A stretch of 64,000 nucleotides of DNA, from contig JAWMAR010001442.1 in the NCBI GenBank assembly GCA_036785375.1, positions 124,001 through 188,000 of the forward strand, read 5' to 3'. The DNA comes from Leucoraja ocellata. Taxonomy: Eukaryota. Each line of letters opens with the position of its first letter. Within the stretch, counting starts at the first letter, position 1. Under the pieces are notes generated by a model. It was not told the DNA's origin. It did not search any database and worked only from the letters and a program-made list of their open reading frames with translations. A program made the position numbers and the translations under genes. Shown one piece after another: positions 14,501 to 27,103 of this stretch.

Positions 14501-17257
14501 GGAGAAATGACAGGGGAGGGGAGGACAGAAGTAGGAAGTAAATGAGGAGAGGAGGGGAGAGGTGAGAAGAGGGGAGGAGAGGAAATGACATGAGAGGAGA
14601 GGAGGGAAGAGGGGGAGGGATGAGGGGAGAGGAGCTTCGAGGGGAGAGGGAAGGAAGGAAAGAGGAGGGAATGGGAGTAGAAAACCTCTCAACACAATAT
14701 CACAATGATCTTTTGTGATGAATGGGAGAGGAGAGGGGAAGAGGGGAGGGGAGGAGAAATGATTTTAGATGGGAGGATAGAGGAGAAAAGGAGATGAGTG
14801 GAGGAGGGAAACGGGGTGGAGAGGAGAGGGGAAGGGAGAAGAAATGAGTGGAGAGGAGGGGTGAAAGGAGAAGGATATGGGAGAGGAGAGTGAGGGCAGG
14901 GGCGGTGAGGAGGGAGGGGTGATGTTAGAGGAGAGGAAGGGAGGGGAGAGGGAGGGAGGGAGAGGAGAGGGACAGGTGCAGAGGGTGGGAGGGGAGGTGA
15001 GAGGGAGCAGGGCAGGATTATCACTCCCTCCTCTATATTTCGATTTTCATTCGCGCTGATCTTGAATAAACGCATCCTGATCTGATCACAAAATCATTTG
15101 GCGTCCAGGAAATCAACGTCTCTGAGATGCATCCTCCATTTTATTCCCAGTTAGAGAGGGGGGGAGAGATAGAGAAAGAGGGGAGAGAGAGGGGGGAGGG
15201 AAGAGGGGGGGGGGGAGTGGGGAAGAGGGAGATGAGGGACAGATGAGGGAGAGAGGAGGAGTGAGACAGGGGCGCAAGAGGAGAGAAAGAGGATGGTGGA
15301 GAGGAAGAGGGTAGAGAGAGGGGCAGAGAGATAGGGGAAGAGAGAGGGGGGAGAGAGAGGGGAGAGTGGGGGGAGAGGGGAGAGAGAGAGAAGGGGGAGA
15401 GAGAGGGGGCGAGACAGAGGGGGATGAGAAAGAAGGGGGAGAGAGTTGTCTGGACTCGAGGGGTCTGAGCTACAGGGAGAGGTTGGGGCAGTAAGTGACT
15501 CTATTCCTTGGAGGACAGGAGAATGAGGGGTGATCTTATGGAGGTGTACAATCATGAGGGGAATAGATCAGGCAGACGCACAGAATCTCTTGCCCAGAGC
15601 TGGGGAATGGAGAAACAGAGGGCACGGGTTTAAGGTGGGAGAGGAGGTGAAAGATGAAAGATTTAATAGGAACCTGAGGGGTAACTTTTCCACACAGAGA
15701 GTGCTGGGTGCATGGAACGAGCTGCCGGAGGATGTAATTGAGGCAGGGAGTATCACATTTGGACAGGTGCATGGACAGGGCAGGTTTGGAGGGATATGGA
15801 CCAAATGCAGGCTGCGCAGCGGTAGAGTTACTGCCTCTCAGCACATGAGACCTGGGTTTGATCCTGACTACAGGTGCTGTCTGTACGGAGTTTGCATGTT
15901 CTTCCCGTGACCTGCGTGAATTTTCTCCGGGTGCTCCGGAACCCTCCCACACTCCAAAGACGTTAATTGGCCGGTAAAATTAGTAAATTGTCCCTAGTGT
16001 GTGTAGAATAGTGTTGGTGTTAGTCGCTGTTCAATGCGGACTCAGTGGGATGAAGGGCCTGTTTCTGTGCTGTGCTGTGCTCTAAACTAAACTAAATTAA
16101 ACCTCCTCTGGGCCCTCTCCAATGCCGGCACATCCTACCTCAGATATGGGGCCAAAACTGCTCACAATACTCCAAATGCAGGTTCTCCATTCACTAACAC
16201 AACCCTCCGGATATATAAAGATATTCTTACTTGATAAGAATTTTTATCTCAGGGAATATAAAACAAAATTAAAATTGAAAAAGCAGACCCTTAATTTTGT
16301 GGACAACACTCCCACCCAGTGGTGTAACGCCGCATTGACAGCTCCAGTTATTTTGTTGTCACCTTGATATTCGCTCGACATCTGTATTTGGAAATCAGGA
16401 CATTCTATGAATAAAATAGGTTTTAAAATCTAAAGCTAGTTTTTTTTTGTGGATAAGCAGGCGATGCTTTGCTGTGATGACGAACCTTTGTGAATTGTGG
16501 ACCCAGAGGTGACTTTATGAGTTTATTAAGTTCTAGGAGTGGATTCTTGATTAGCGCGGGTGTCAGGGGTTATGGGACGAAGGCAGGAGAATGGGGTTGA
16601 GAGGGAAAGAGACATCAGCCATGGTTTAAATGGCGGAGTACTCGATGGTCTTAATGGCCTAATTTTGCTCCTATCTCTAATGGACATGAATTAAAGTTAT
16701 GTGATAAAATACAGGGGCCTGTCATAGTGGTGGGAGTGTTGACCGCAAAATAATGAAGGAGGTGCAACTTTATATAGTCAATGGAGGGCACCATTAAATA
16801 GTTATTGGAGGGCACTATCAAATAGGAGCGAGAGAGTGAGAGAGAGAGACAGGGGGGGGGGGGGGGAGTGAGGGAGGGAGGGATGGGGCGAGAAAAGAGG
16901 AGGAAGAGATCTCTCTCCCCTCAGTCACTCCTCTTTTTCCGGCCCTTATTCACTCCTCTACTTCACTACATTCACTCCCTTCCTCCACTCATTCACTCCA
17001 TCCCCACCCTCTCTGAGATTTTCTCCCTCCCTAATCATTCTCTCCCTCATTCATTCCCTCCCTTCTCTCATTCACACCTACCACCTCCCACCTCCCTCTC
17101 CCCCCTTATTCTCTCCCTCGCTCGCTCAGTCACACACTTTCTTTCACCCTTCAGCCCACATTCCCCTCCCTCTATCCCATCTTCCCCAACACCATTCCAT
17201 CTCCCTCTCTTGCTCTCCTTCTCTCTCTTTTTTTTTGTTTTCAATAACTTTATTCGA
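7594..17257 (+). repeat. Tandem triplication, unit ~3.43 kb (7594-11022, 11023-14447, 14448-17257; unit 3 continues at 32753-33364 beyond the L1 insertion)
   Basis: Near-identical ORFs recur at a ~3425-bp period (8680/12102/15530; 9274/12696/16122). The junction 'gacctttccca-tatagt-gaagggagg' is identical at ~11016 and ~14441. Confidence 0.95.
8596..9252 (+). mobile_element. CR1 3' fragment followed by a tRNA-derived SINE; repeated in each 3.4-kb unit (~12018-12674, ~15446-16100)
   Basis: CR1 C-terminal motif 'RGNFSTQRVLGAWNELP'. SINE head 'ggcggcgcagcggtagagttactgcc...gggtttgatcct' (A/B-box-like) and (ctaaa)n tail. Confidence 0.8.
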
Positions 17258-17451
17258 TGACTTCCGGTTGCGCCATGCTAGGCTAGCAGTCGCAACTTTT
17301 AGCTCCGCTCCTGTGGAAACGCGATTTTTCACGTTAAAATTGTGTCTGGAAGTCGGGACCAATTCAAAAAACTCACCGGAGCCCCGGGATGTCGCGCTGA
17401 TGACGTCATTAGTAAGCGCTGCAATTTAAAACGGAGGGAAAAGCAGTTTAA

Positions 17452-18500
17452 ATGAAAAAAACGTCTCCAGCTCAGAGCCCTCAGAGAAACATCTCAAGAC
17501 TGCTGAAAACACAGAAAAGTGAAGAACAGACCTCTGAAGTGGATTCTGGAATGGCTACAAGATCCAAGACTGAGATGGCTACTAAGGAGAAAAATGAAAT
17601 GGAGGAGATAAAGAGCTCGGTAAGAGATTTGAGAAAGGATATTGAGGCTGGAAACTCAAAAATGTTGGAAAGTATGGAAAATATGAATGTTAAATCAATG
17701 GAAAATATGGCAAACATTAATGCTGGTAATCAAAAAATTATTGACTGCATTGGTATTATACAAAAACGAATTGAGGATGTGCATGAAGAGCTAGTGGTGA
17801 GAATTAAGAAAGGCGAAGAAGAAACTGAGAAGAAGTTTGAGGCTGTGAATGTAATTGTTTCTTCACATGGAACCAAAATAAAAGACATGGAAACAGCGGT
17901 TGAACAAATGGCTGAAGATATGCAGGGAATGAAGCTAGAAGTGGACAGCCTCAAGAGTCAACTGGCGAAAGTTTCAGATAAATGCCTTGATCTTGAAGCT
18001 CGCTCACGACGCCAAAACTATGAATACTGGGAGTAACAGAAGGGGCAGAAGGGGACAACGCTCGTGGGTTCACTGCCAACCTAATCAAACAGGTACTCAA
18101 TCTACCTGTGGAACCGGAAATTGAAGTGGCACATCGAATACCAAGATTTAAGCCAAGAGCACAAGCAGATCCAGCCCACCCACGACAGATCATAGTCAAA
18201 CTTCGGGACATTTCAGCACTTGAAGAGCTGATGAAAAAAATCAAATATGGAGTGAAGATGACCTTTGGACAAGACACTATCAAACTCCTGCAGGATTATC
18301 TCTTTGAGATCGTTCAAAAGAGAAGAAAGTTTGAACAGACAAGACAGATTCTCTATGGAGTCAAAGATGTTAGATGTGGCGTTTTTTATCCGGCCAGAAT
18401 GCGCATTACTTACAAGGGAAAAGAGAAAACTTTCACTAACTCGGACGCATCTTATACATATGCCAAAGAGATTGTCGCAAAGGCAGAACCAGAAGATTAA
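17452..18500 (+). pseudogene. L1 ORF1p (coiled coil + RRM + CTD), frameshift near 18020
   Basis: LEARSRRQN is followed after a frame change by RILGVTEG; also AHRI, PRQIIV and FYPARMRITY motifs. Confidence 0.88.
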
Positions 18501-19553
18501 CCACACCAGCGGGAGTATATGGACATTTTCTTGCCTTTTATTATCCCACAGAGAACACCCGAAGACAAAGGAAGAAATAACACTCTCTAAAAGTTTAAAA
18601 TGGAACCTAATTTCCACGTGCGTTTGTCTAGACATCTTATCTCCTTTGGACGCTTTGGAATTTAACTCAAGGACATCCTTTGTTCAGAATGAAGGAACGA
18701 CTGATGAGCTAACCAAAGATGAAATTAATAATCAGAGCCAAATGTGGAAAACACCCCAAGGTCGAATGGCGAATCAAGATTTTAAAACAGTTTTACAAAA
18801 TATAGAGAATTAATAATAACTAACAATATTAATATAGAAATATAAATGGAAACTAACCTGAACTATATAATGGGTAAAAAGTAATAATCTGCTTATAAGA
18901 CTGACTAGCTCATATATAGAGATGACTAATTTTAGAATTAAAGTAGATAACATTGAAAGGATAAGGGATACGTTGTTCGTGTGAAGAAGGGAGAAGACTC
19001 AGGCACCTGGCACAATTCCAGGAGCCTGTTTCTGGTTAACCCTTACAGCTAACAGCTTACTTTTATCAAAGATATAACTATAAATAATTAGTAGATGAAA
19101 GTGTTAGATAAATAAATTTCACAGTAGCTGAACACAGATCGGATACTGGCTAATGAAATATATATATATATACAGATATAGATAAGGTAACGGGTGAAAT
19201 TTAGCTGAATTTAAAATGGCACCGCCTTCTTAGGGACAGAATAATAAAAAGATCGGAGCTAACAGTACATCATCAATTTCGGAAGTCGAATAAATGTCGG
19301 ACCCCACAGACGTGTGGGACACGCATTACAGTGTCGAACACTTCAGACACTGTAATTTTACCTGTCAATTTTTTTTTTATCACAATATGTCACTATTATG
19401 TGTTTTTTTTTTAAGGAAAATCGCAAAAGGGATCTACCAAGGAAGTTAATAATATAAACGCCCCCCAACTATCCAGAGTCCTGAGCTACGGATGCACCGT
19501 AATAAATAAAGGTACTAAAATCAGAGAAAATACAAGATGATAAACAAAAGAAA

Positions 19554-21858
19554 ATGGGAGGAATCACACTATGTAGCTGGAATATAAGGGGTATTAATGA
19601 ACCAATTAAAAGGGGCAAAATACTAGCTCAGTTGAAATCATATAACACGGACATTTCTTTTCTACAAGAAACGCACCTTAAACATCAAGACCAGATGAGA
19701 TTGAGGGCGAAATGGATAGGCCAAACACTTCACTCCTCATACACATCGAAATCCAGAGGCACCGCAATTATTATTCGCAAAGGAATACCATTCAAATCAA
19801 AGAATATTATATCAGATAAGGAAGGGAGATACCTTATAGTCACAGGAGAGATTTATGCTACGCCAATCACCTTGGTAAACATATATGCGCCCAATTGTGA
19901 TAATCCTCAATTTTCTAATAAAATTCTGAATAAAATTGCAGAATCTAACTACCAAAATGTTATAATTGGAGGAGACTTCAACTGTGCTTTAGATCCGTAC
20001 TTAGATAAATCGACGCAAAAACAAAGAGGTAATATGAAATCTAAAACTAGTGAACTCTTAAATACATATATAAAAAATACAAATATAGCAGACGTTTGGA
20101 GGATCGCGAACCCGACTGGAAGGGAATACTCGTTTTATTCAATGGTGCATAAAACATACTCACGTATAGACTATTTCCTAGTGGATTCAAAACGAATCCC
20201 TTATACTCTTAACCCTAAATACCACACCAATACGATTTCAGATCATTCCCCGCTATCTTTTGTTTTAAAACTGGAAGGAATCTCTACGAACAAATCGTTC
20301 TGGAGGTTTAACTCGCAAATTTTGAAAGACCCACAAGGGAGTATATATCTAAAAAAACAAATGGATCTATTTTTTGAGATAAATGATACACCAGATATTT
20401 CGCCTACTTTATTATGGGAATCCTTCAAAGCATTTATTAGAGGAGTCATTATCTCGTATTAAGCTTTTCAAAACAAAAAGAATAAAAATGAACAAAGACA
20501 ATTAGAAGAACAAATCAGACAACTAGATATAGATAATGCTAAAGATCCAACTATGGATAAATATAATAAAATTTTAATTCTGAAATTTAAGCTAAATAAA
20601 TTATTATCAGAGAAGATTATAAGATTATTCCAAATTACTAAACAAGAACGTTTTGAATTTGGGGATAAACCCCATAAACTTTTGGCATGCCAACTGAAAA
20701 AATGGGAAAAAGATCATGCAATTTTAAAGATTAAATCAGATAGAGGGGAATTATTAACACTACCTAATGATATTAATAAAAGTTTTGCTCAATTTTACAA
20801 GAATTTATACACATCGAAAACGCTAATAGACAATAGTAAAGCTTCAGAATTTTTGAACGATTGTAACCTCCCAAAACTAGAATTGAAGGAACAAGAGAAA
20901 CTGGGAGCACAAATTACAGCTAAGGAAATAGAAGACACAATAAACACACTTAAGAACGGAAAAACACCAAGACCAGACGGATTCAGTAATGAATTTTATA
21001 AATGTTTTTACGATACAGTGACCCCACGCCTACAGAAAATGTATACATTTGCTTTTAAAGAACAAACCTTACCTGAAACACTAGCAGAATCAACGATCAC
21101 ACTAATACTTAAAAAAGATAAAGATATAGAAGAACCAGGATCATACAGAGCTATAGCATTGTTAAATACGGATCAAAAAATATTAGCGATTTATACCTAA
21201 GAGACACTCATTTAATAACCTGAGACGTCTGCTTAACATAATGCACTCTCACAAATCTCAAGAACAAGAGTTATCTATCATTTCATTGGCCACAGAAAAA
21301 GCGTTTGATCAAGTAGAATGGGAATATATGTTTAAAGTATTGCAAAAATTTCAAATGAGAGAGAGCTTCATCGCATGGATAAAATTATTATATAACAAAC
21401 CCACGGCTAGAATATTAACTAATAATATACAATCTATGAAATTCCAATTAACAAGGGGCAATAGACAAGGGTGTTCATTATCACCGCTATTATTCCCTCT
21501 GGTGATTGAACCTTTAGCTGAAATAATTAGAACACATCTGAATTCTGTGAATAAAATTAGAACATATCCTAACATATGGGTATAATACAAAACATTCAAA
21601 TAACAAAATATCCTTATATGCAGACGATGTACTACTATATATCACAAAACCCCAAATCAGTATACCAAACATATTAAACCTAATCGAGGATTTCGGTTCT
21701 TTCTCAGGATACAGAATAAACTGGAACAAAAGTGAAATTATGTCGATAAAACCGAAAGACTCATCACATCTTTTGAAATTCCCCTTTAAAATAGCTACAG
21801 AAAAATTTAAATACTTAGGAATTGAAATCACTAGAATTTCACGGCATGTTTAATGCTA
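19554..21858 (+). pseudogene. L1 ORF2p N-terminal part (APE endonuclease + RT); stop at ~20460, internal deletion near 21187; continues at 26787-27103 and 31339-32349
   Basis: Motifs SWNIRG, LQETH, NIYAPN, GDFN, SRIDY, SDH, RGNRQGCSLSPLLF and YADD (~21617). Confidence 0.92.
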
Positions 21859-22807
21859 ATTTTACTTCGGAGTCACGTGAGTGACTTTGTGAAGAACCCG
21901 CTCAGTGTGCAGGCGCAGCATTACGCCAGCAGTGCAACAGCGGCGGCAGCTGGAGTCAGGCTCTCCAGCTGCACTTTAAACAACGGGCCGTCAGGTAAGT
22001 ATACGGTGCGTTGGAATAACAGAGGAGAGTTGCAGTTGTGTTTGCTTTTCAGAAGTCGACACAACGCAGAAAACTCTCAAAGAGAAACTGCCCCGCTTCA
22101 ACTCTACCAGCGGGGCAGCAACCGGTGGCAGCGTCGCTCTCAGAGCGTTTCACTATCCCCGAGACCGAGCCAAGCCCAGTCTCGCCAAAGCCTGCACGGC
22201 GGACTGAGAAAGCGGCCAGGAAGCCCAATCGGCCGGTCATCTCCGATTCGTCGGAGGGGGACATGTCTCCACCAAAGCGGAGGAAAGACAGCCGCCTGAG
22301 CTGCATTCAGCAGCTCCTGGAGGAGATGCTCCACCGGGACACGCAACAAGAGCGCTCCCGGGGAGAAAGGACAGGTACCTCCTCCACAGTGTCTTGTGCA
22401 CTGCCCTCTGCTCCCTCATTACTGGAGGCTAGCATTGGTGACCAGGGCTGGGCTGGTCTGGAACAGGGGCAGGCGGACAAACTCGGGAGTATGCTAGGGG
22501 TGCAGGAACAGGAACAGCGTTTGGGTGTGGTGGACCGCTTTGTAGCAACCCCACGGGCTGGAGCACCGCTGGAGCCAAGAAGGACAGCCAGCATCAACCA
22601 CCTATTCAATAAACCATTACTGGAAAAGGTGCTCGCCGAGGTGCTGGAACAACACACAGCACCAGAAAAGTGTCAACAGCCAAATCTGGGGGCATGTGGG
22701 GGCACACATCCGGACCCAAGAACTCAAGCTACAGCGGATCCTAAGGCTCCTGACGTCGGCCACCACAGCCTTTGCTCGCTCCGTGGAGACTACGGAGACC
22801 AATACAT

Positions 22808-23282
22808 TTACTAGAATGTTGCCTGGGTTTCAGCAACTAAGTTACAGAGAAAGGTTGAACAAGTTAGGGCTTTATTCTTTGGAGCGCAGAAGGTTAAGGG
22901 GGGACTTGATAGAGGTTTTTAAAATGATGAGAGGGATAGACAGAGTTGACGTGGAAAAGCTTTTCCCACTGAGAGTAGGGAAGATTCAAACAAGGGGACA
23001 TGACATGAGAATTAAGGGACTGAAGTTTAGGGGTAACATGAGGGGGAACTTCTTTACTCAGAGAGTGGTGGCTGTGTGGAATGAGCTTCCAGTGAAGGTG
23101 GTGGAGGCAGGCTCGTTTTTATCATTTAAAAATAAATTGGATAGTTATATGGATGGGAAGGGAATGGAGGGTTATGGTCTGAGCGCAGGTATATGGGACT
23201 AGGGGAGATTATGTGTTCGGCATGGACTAGAAGGGTCGAGATGGCCTGTTTCCGTGCTGTAATTGTTATATGGTTATATGGT
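22808..23282 (+). mobile_element. 5'-truncated CR1 inserted in DIRS gag
   Basis: RRLRGDLIEVFK...FFTQRVVAVWNELP; (ggttatat)n tail; 'tacat' duplicated at 22803-22807 and 23283-23287. Confidence 0.9.
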
Positions 23283-23608
23283 TACATGCCAACAGGATGT
23301 GCCGGCATTAATGTGTACCACACAATTCGAGAAACAGTCTCCGGATGAAAATCATAAGACCTGCCCACAATCCCAAATTTGCTGGCTTGTGTAAAGCCCC
23401 AGCTGCGGAGACGGACGCACTGCTATTTGGGAAAGATCTTAATAAAAAACTGAAGGAGATAGAGGAAGCATCAAAAACCTTCGGCCTAATGAGGGCAGGC
23501 CCCGGGACGAGCAAACCAAGACCTCCGATACCCAAGCGGCAGCACACCCACGGCATCCACCAGTCGACATCAGGAATATGGGACTGGTGAACGCTTGGGG
23601 TCCGCACA

Positions 23609-25343
23609 TTGGGGTCTGCTTGGGGTCCGCAACGGGAGGGACAAGCTGAACTGGTGAGACTTATCACAAAGGGTGTCATAGAAAAGACCAAACATGAACC
23701 CTTGGAATTTGTATCCAATATATTCACCAAAACCAAAACAGATGGTGGATGTCGCAACATCATTGACTTAACATCCCTAAACAAGTTTGTTAAGTATATA
23801 CATTTCAAAATGGAAACATTTGTTACTGCTAGACAATTGATTTCCAAAGGATACTACATGGCAAGCATTAATCTCAAAGATGCTTACTATCTAATACCCA
23901 TACACAAGGATCATTGCAGATATTTAAAATTTATCTGGATGGGGCAGCTGTGGCAGTACAAAGCACTGCCTAATGGGCTCACGTCAGCCCCAAGATTGTT
24001 CACAAATATTGAAGCCAGCCATGGCAATACTAATGAAACAAAAACATATTGTCATGGCATATTTGGATGATATCCTCATAGTGGCAAAAACAATGGAACT
24101 GGCTGTGGCAGCAGTCTCAGCTACAAAACAGCTCCTTGAAACTCTGGGGTTCGACCTACATCCAGGTAAATCTAAGTTAAATCCATCCACTATCATGGAC
24201 TAACTGGATTTCACAATTAACTGAGTCCATATGACTGTTACCCTGCTAAGGGAAAAAATGATTGGATTAGCACAATCATGCAATAATTTAATGGTCAACA
24301 AAATACCAACTATTCGACAAGTAGCAACAGTGATTGGTAAAATGGTAGCAGCATTTCCGGCTACACAATTTGGATCTTTGCACTATCAAAATTTACAGAG
24401 AGCAAAGGTACAGGCACTAAAACAACATAGAGGTCACTATGATCGGGTCATGATATTACCCACGGAAGCAATATCAGAGCTACAGTGGTGGACACAAAAT
24501 GTTTGGCATAGTTTTAGTCCTATTATCATCACTAACCCTACTTTAGTTCTTCAGACAGATGCCAGTGCTCAAAGCTGGGGAGCAACTAACTCCATATCCA
24601 GCACAGGTGGTAGATGGACTAACCCAGAGTCATCATTACTATCTACACTGGGCATTAACTATTTAGAAATATTGGGCGCCTTTTATGGTTTAAAAGCATA
24701 TACATCCAATATGCAGCACTTGCATGTTCGGTTACAAATTGATAATACTACGGTGGTGGCTTATATTAACCATATGGGCGGCATAAAATCTTTATCATGC
24801 GACAAATTGGTCAATATGATTTGGCAATGGTGTGTCGAAAGACATATTTGGCTTTCAGCTACCTATCTACCGGGTAAGCTAAACACAGTGGCAGACACCA
24901 GGTCACGCAAATTCAATGATAACATCGAATGGATGTTAAACCCTAAAGTATTTGCTAAAGTTATCAAGCAATATGGAACGCCAGATATCCATTTATTTGC
25001 ATCAAGACTAAATCACCAGTTACCTATGTATGTCGCTTGGGAACCAGACCCAGAGGCAGCAGCGGTAGATGCCTTCACGCTGGATTGGGGAAAGTTCTTT
25101 TTCTATGCCTTTCTCCCCTTCTGCCTCATCGGTCGGGTACCTCACAAAATACAGATGGACTCTGCTTCTGGTATTTTGATGGTGCCCGACTGGCCTACAC
25201 AGCCAGGGTTCCCAGTACTACATGACATGGTGGTAGAATCACCTATGGTGTTTCCCAGTCATCCAGGACTATTAACTCACCCAGTATCAGGCATAAGCCA
25301 CCCATGCCATGAAGACATTAAACTCCTGGGTTGTAGGTTCTGA
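23609..25343 (+). pseudogene. DIRS pol: RT (frameshifted) + RNase H + methyltransferase-like domain
   Basis: LKDAY, LPNGLTSAPR, YLDD; RNase H motifs TDAS, INYLE, DNTT, ADTRSR; MT-like HLFASRLN and PDWPTQP. Confidence 0.9.
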
Positions 25344-25390
25344 ACAGACCTTACCTGGAACTGGGATTATCCAAACAAACCATCACCACC

Positions 25391-26279
25391 ATGTCAGCAT
25401 CCCTGCGAACATCCACCAAGAGGCAGTACTTAACCAGCATCAAAAAATGGGAAAAGTACTGCCAGGAAACAGGGACATCATATGCAACAGCCACAGTAAC
25501 CAACGTATTGGAGTTCCTGGCCTATCTACACCATCATGAAGGGATCAGCTACAGTGCCATCAACACGGCACGTATTGCTCTTTCCGCTTACCTCAAACCA
25601 GCAGGACATCAGGCTATGGGATCCCATCCACTGGTGGTAAAACTGATGAGGGGCATCTATAATATTAAGCCCCCAAGCCCAGGTATACCCATATTTGGGA
25701 CATCAGTGTCGTCCTGATATACCTCCAATAATGGCCACCAGCTAGATCCCTCAGCCTCGAGCAATCAACACTGAAGACGCTCATGCTGATGGCACTTGTA
25801 TCCGCTCAGAGGGTCCAGTCACTACATAAATTGAGACTGGACAACATGGAGACAACCCCAGATCAGATCACATTCATTCTACAAGGTCTGGTGAAACAAA
25901 GCAGGCCAGGAACATCCAATCCACTAGTGGTATTCCGGGCCTACCCACCAGAGCCATGTATATGTGTGGTGACCCATCTACTACAGTATATGGACACAAC
26001 CCACAACATCAGAGGGAGTGAACAAGCCTTACAAGCCAAACCATCTCAAGATGGCTAAAACAGGTATTGAAAGCTGCCGGGATAGATATTAATACCTTTA
26101 AATCTCATTCCACTAGGGCAGCGTCCATATCAACGGCAGCAAGAATGGATGTACCTATTGACCTCATCCTGAATACAGCAGGATGGTCGAGGAAATCAAC
26201 ATTCAGAACATTTTATAATAAGCCGTTGATAAAACCTGATTCATTTGCAGCAAAGATATTAGAAGCTGCAAATATTTAA
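25391..26279 (+). pseudogene. DIRS tyrosine recombinase (frameshifts and deletion)
   Basis: SAINTAR, LVSAQRVQ (catalytic R), FKSHSTRAAS (HxxR), AGWS...TFRTFY (catalytic Y region). Confidence 0.9.
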
Positions 26280-27103
26280 TTTAAGCCCGGGGGAGCAATT
26301 TATTTTTGTTATTGTTAATAAATACCTTTTTGTTTTTCTTGAAAAACAGATTCATTGGTTAAATTACGATAACACTTCCTCCCTCAAGAACTTCGGCAGT
26401 GAGTGAATAAAACTGTTACACGGTTTGAAATCACCGAGCTTTGAAATCTTCACGAAGTCACTCACGTGACTACGAAGTAAAATAGTAAGATTAAACGAGA
26501 ACTTACCAGTTTGAAGTTTGATCTGTATTTTCTGAGGAGTTACGATGAGGGATTACGTGGCCTCCGCTCCCACCCTCATTATATGGATCAAACTGATAAA
26601 TTGATGTCTCTTTTTCTTTACTATGTTACTTCAAATACTTGTGTCTATCTGTGATTCCACACCGCTGCTTGGAAGTATGCCGCTCCTGCGCACTGAGCGG
26701 GTTCTTCACGTAATCCCTCATCGTAACTCCTCATAAAATACAGATCAAACTTCAAAACTGGTAAATTCTCGTTTAATCTTACTATTATAGCCCCTTACTT
26801 AAGAAATTAAACAATCTAATTAAATTCTGGAAAACGCTGCCGATGTCTTTCATAGGTCGAATAAATGCTATAAAAATGATCTTTTTACCACAAATCCTAT
26901 ATTTATTTCAATCAATTCCAATATATCTTCCAAAATATTTTTCAAAAAATTAGACTCAGACATCACAAACTTTATATGGGATTATAAATCCCACAGAATA
27001 CAAAGAGCACACCTTAGTAAACCAAAAGAGATGGGTGGTCTAGCGCTCCCTAACTTTATATACTATAATTGGGCGGTAAATATTAAAAATATGATTCACC
27101 TGC

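Larger units (their letters stand above)
21859..26786 (+). mobile_element. DIRS1-type tyrosine-recombinase retrotransposon with complete terminal structure
   Basis: Left end ttacttcggagtcacgtgagtgac...gaagaacccgctcagtg. Inverted match at ~26685-26709 plus a right extension ending aatcttactatt. Internal complementary region ~26448-26559. ATT core on both sides; the L1 frame (MFNAN|YSPLLKK) is restored on removal. Confidence 0.95.

Noticed and set aside
7122-17260. Many 60-200 aa P/S/L-rich or G/E/R-rich ORFs
   Set aside because: These are translations of polypurine/polypyrimidine low-complexity DNA with no domain motifs or splice structure.
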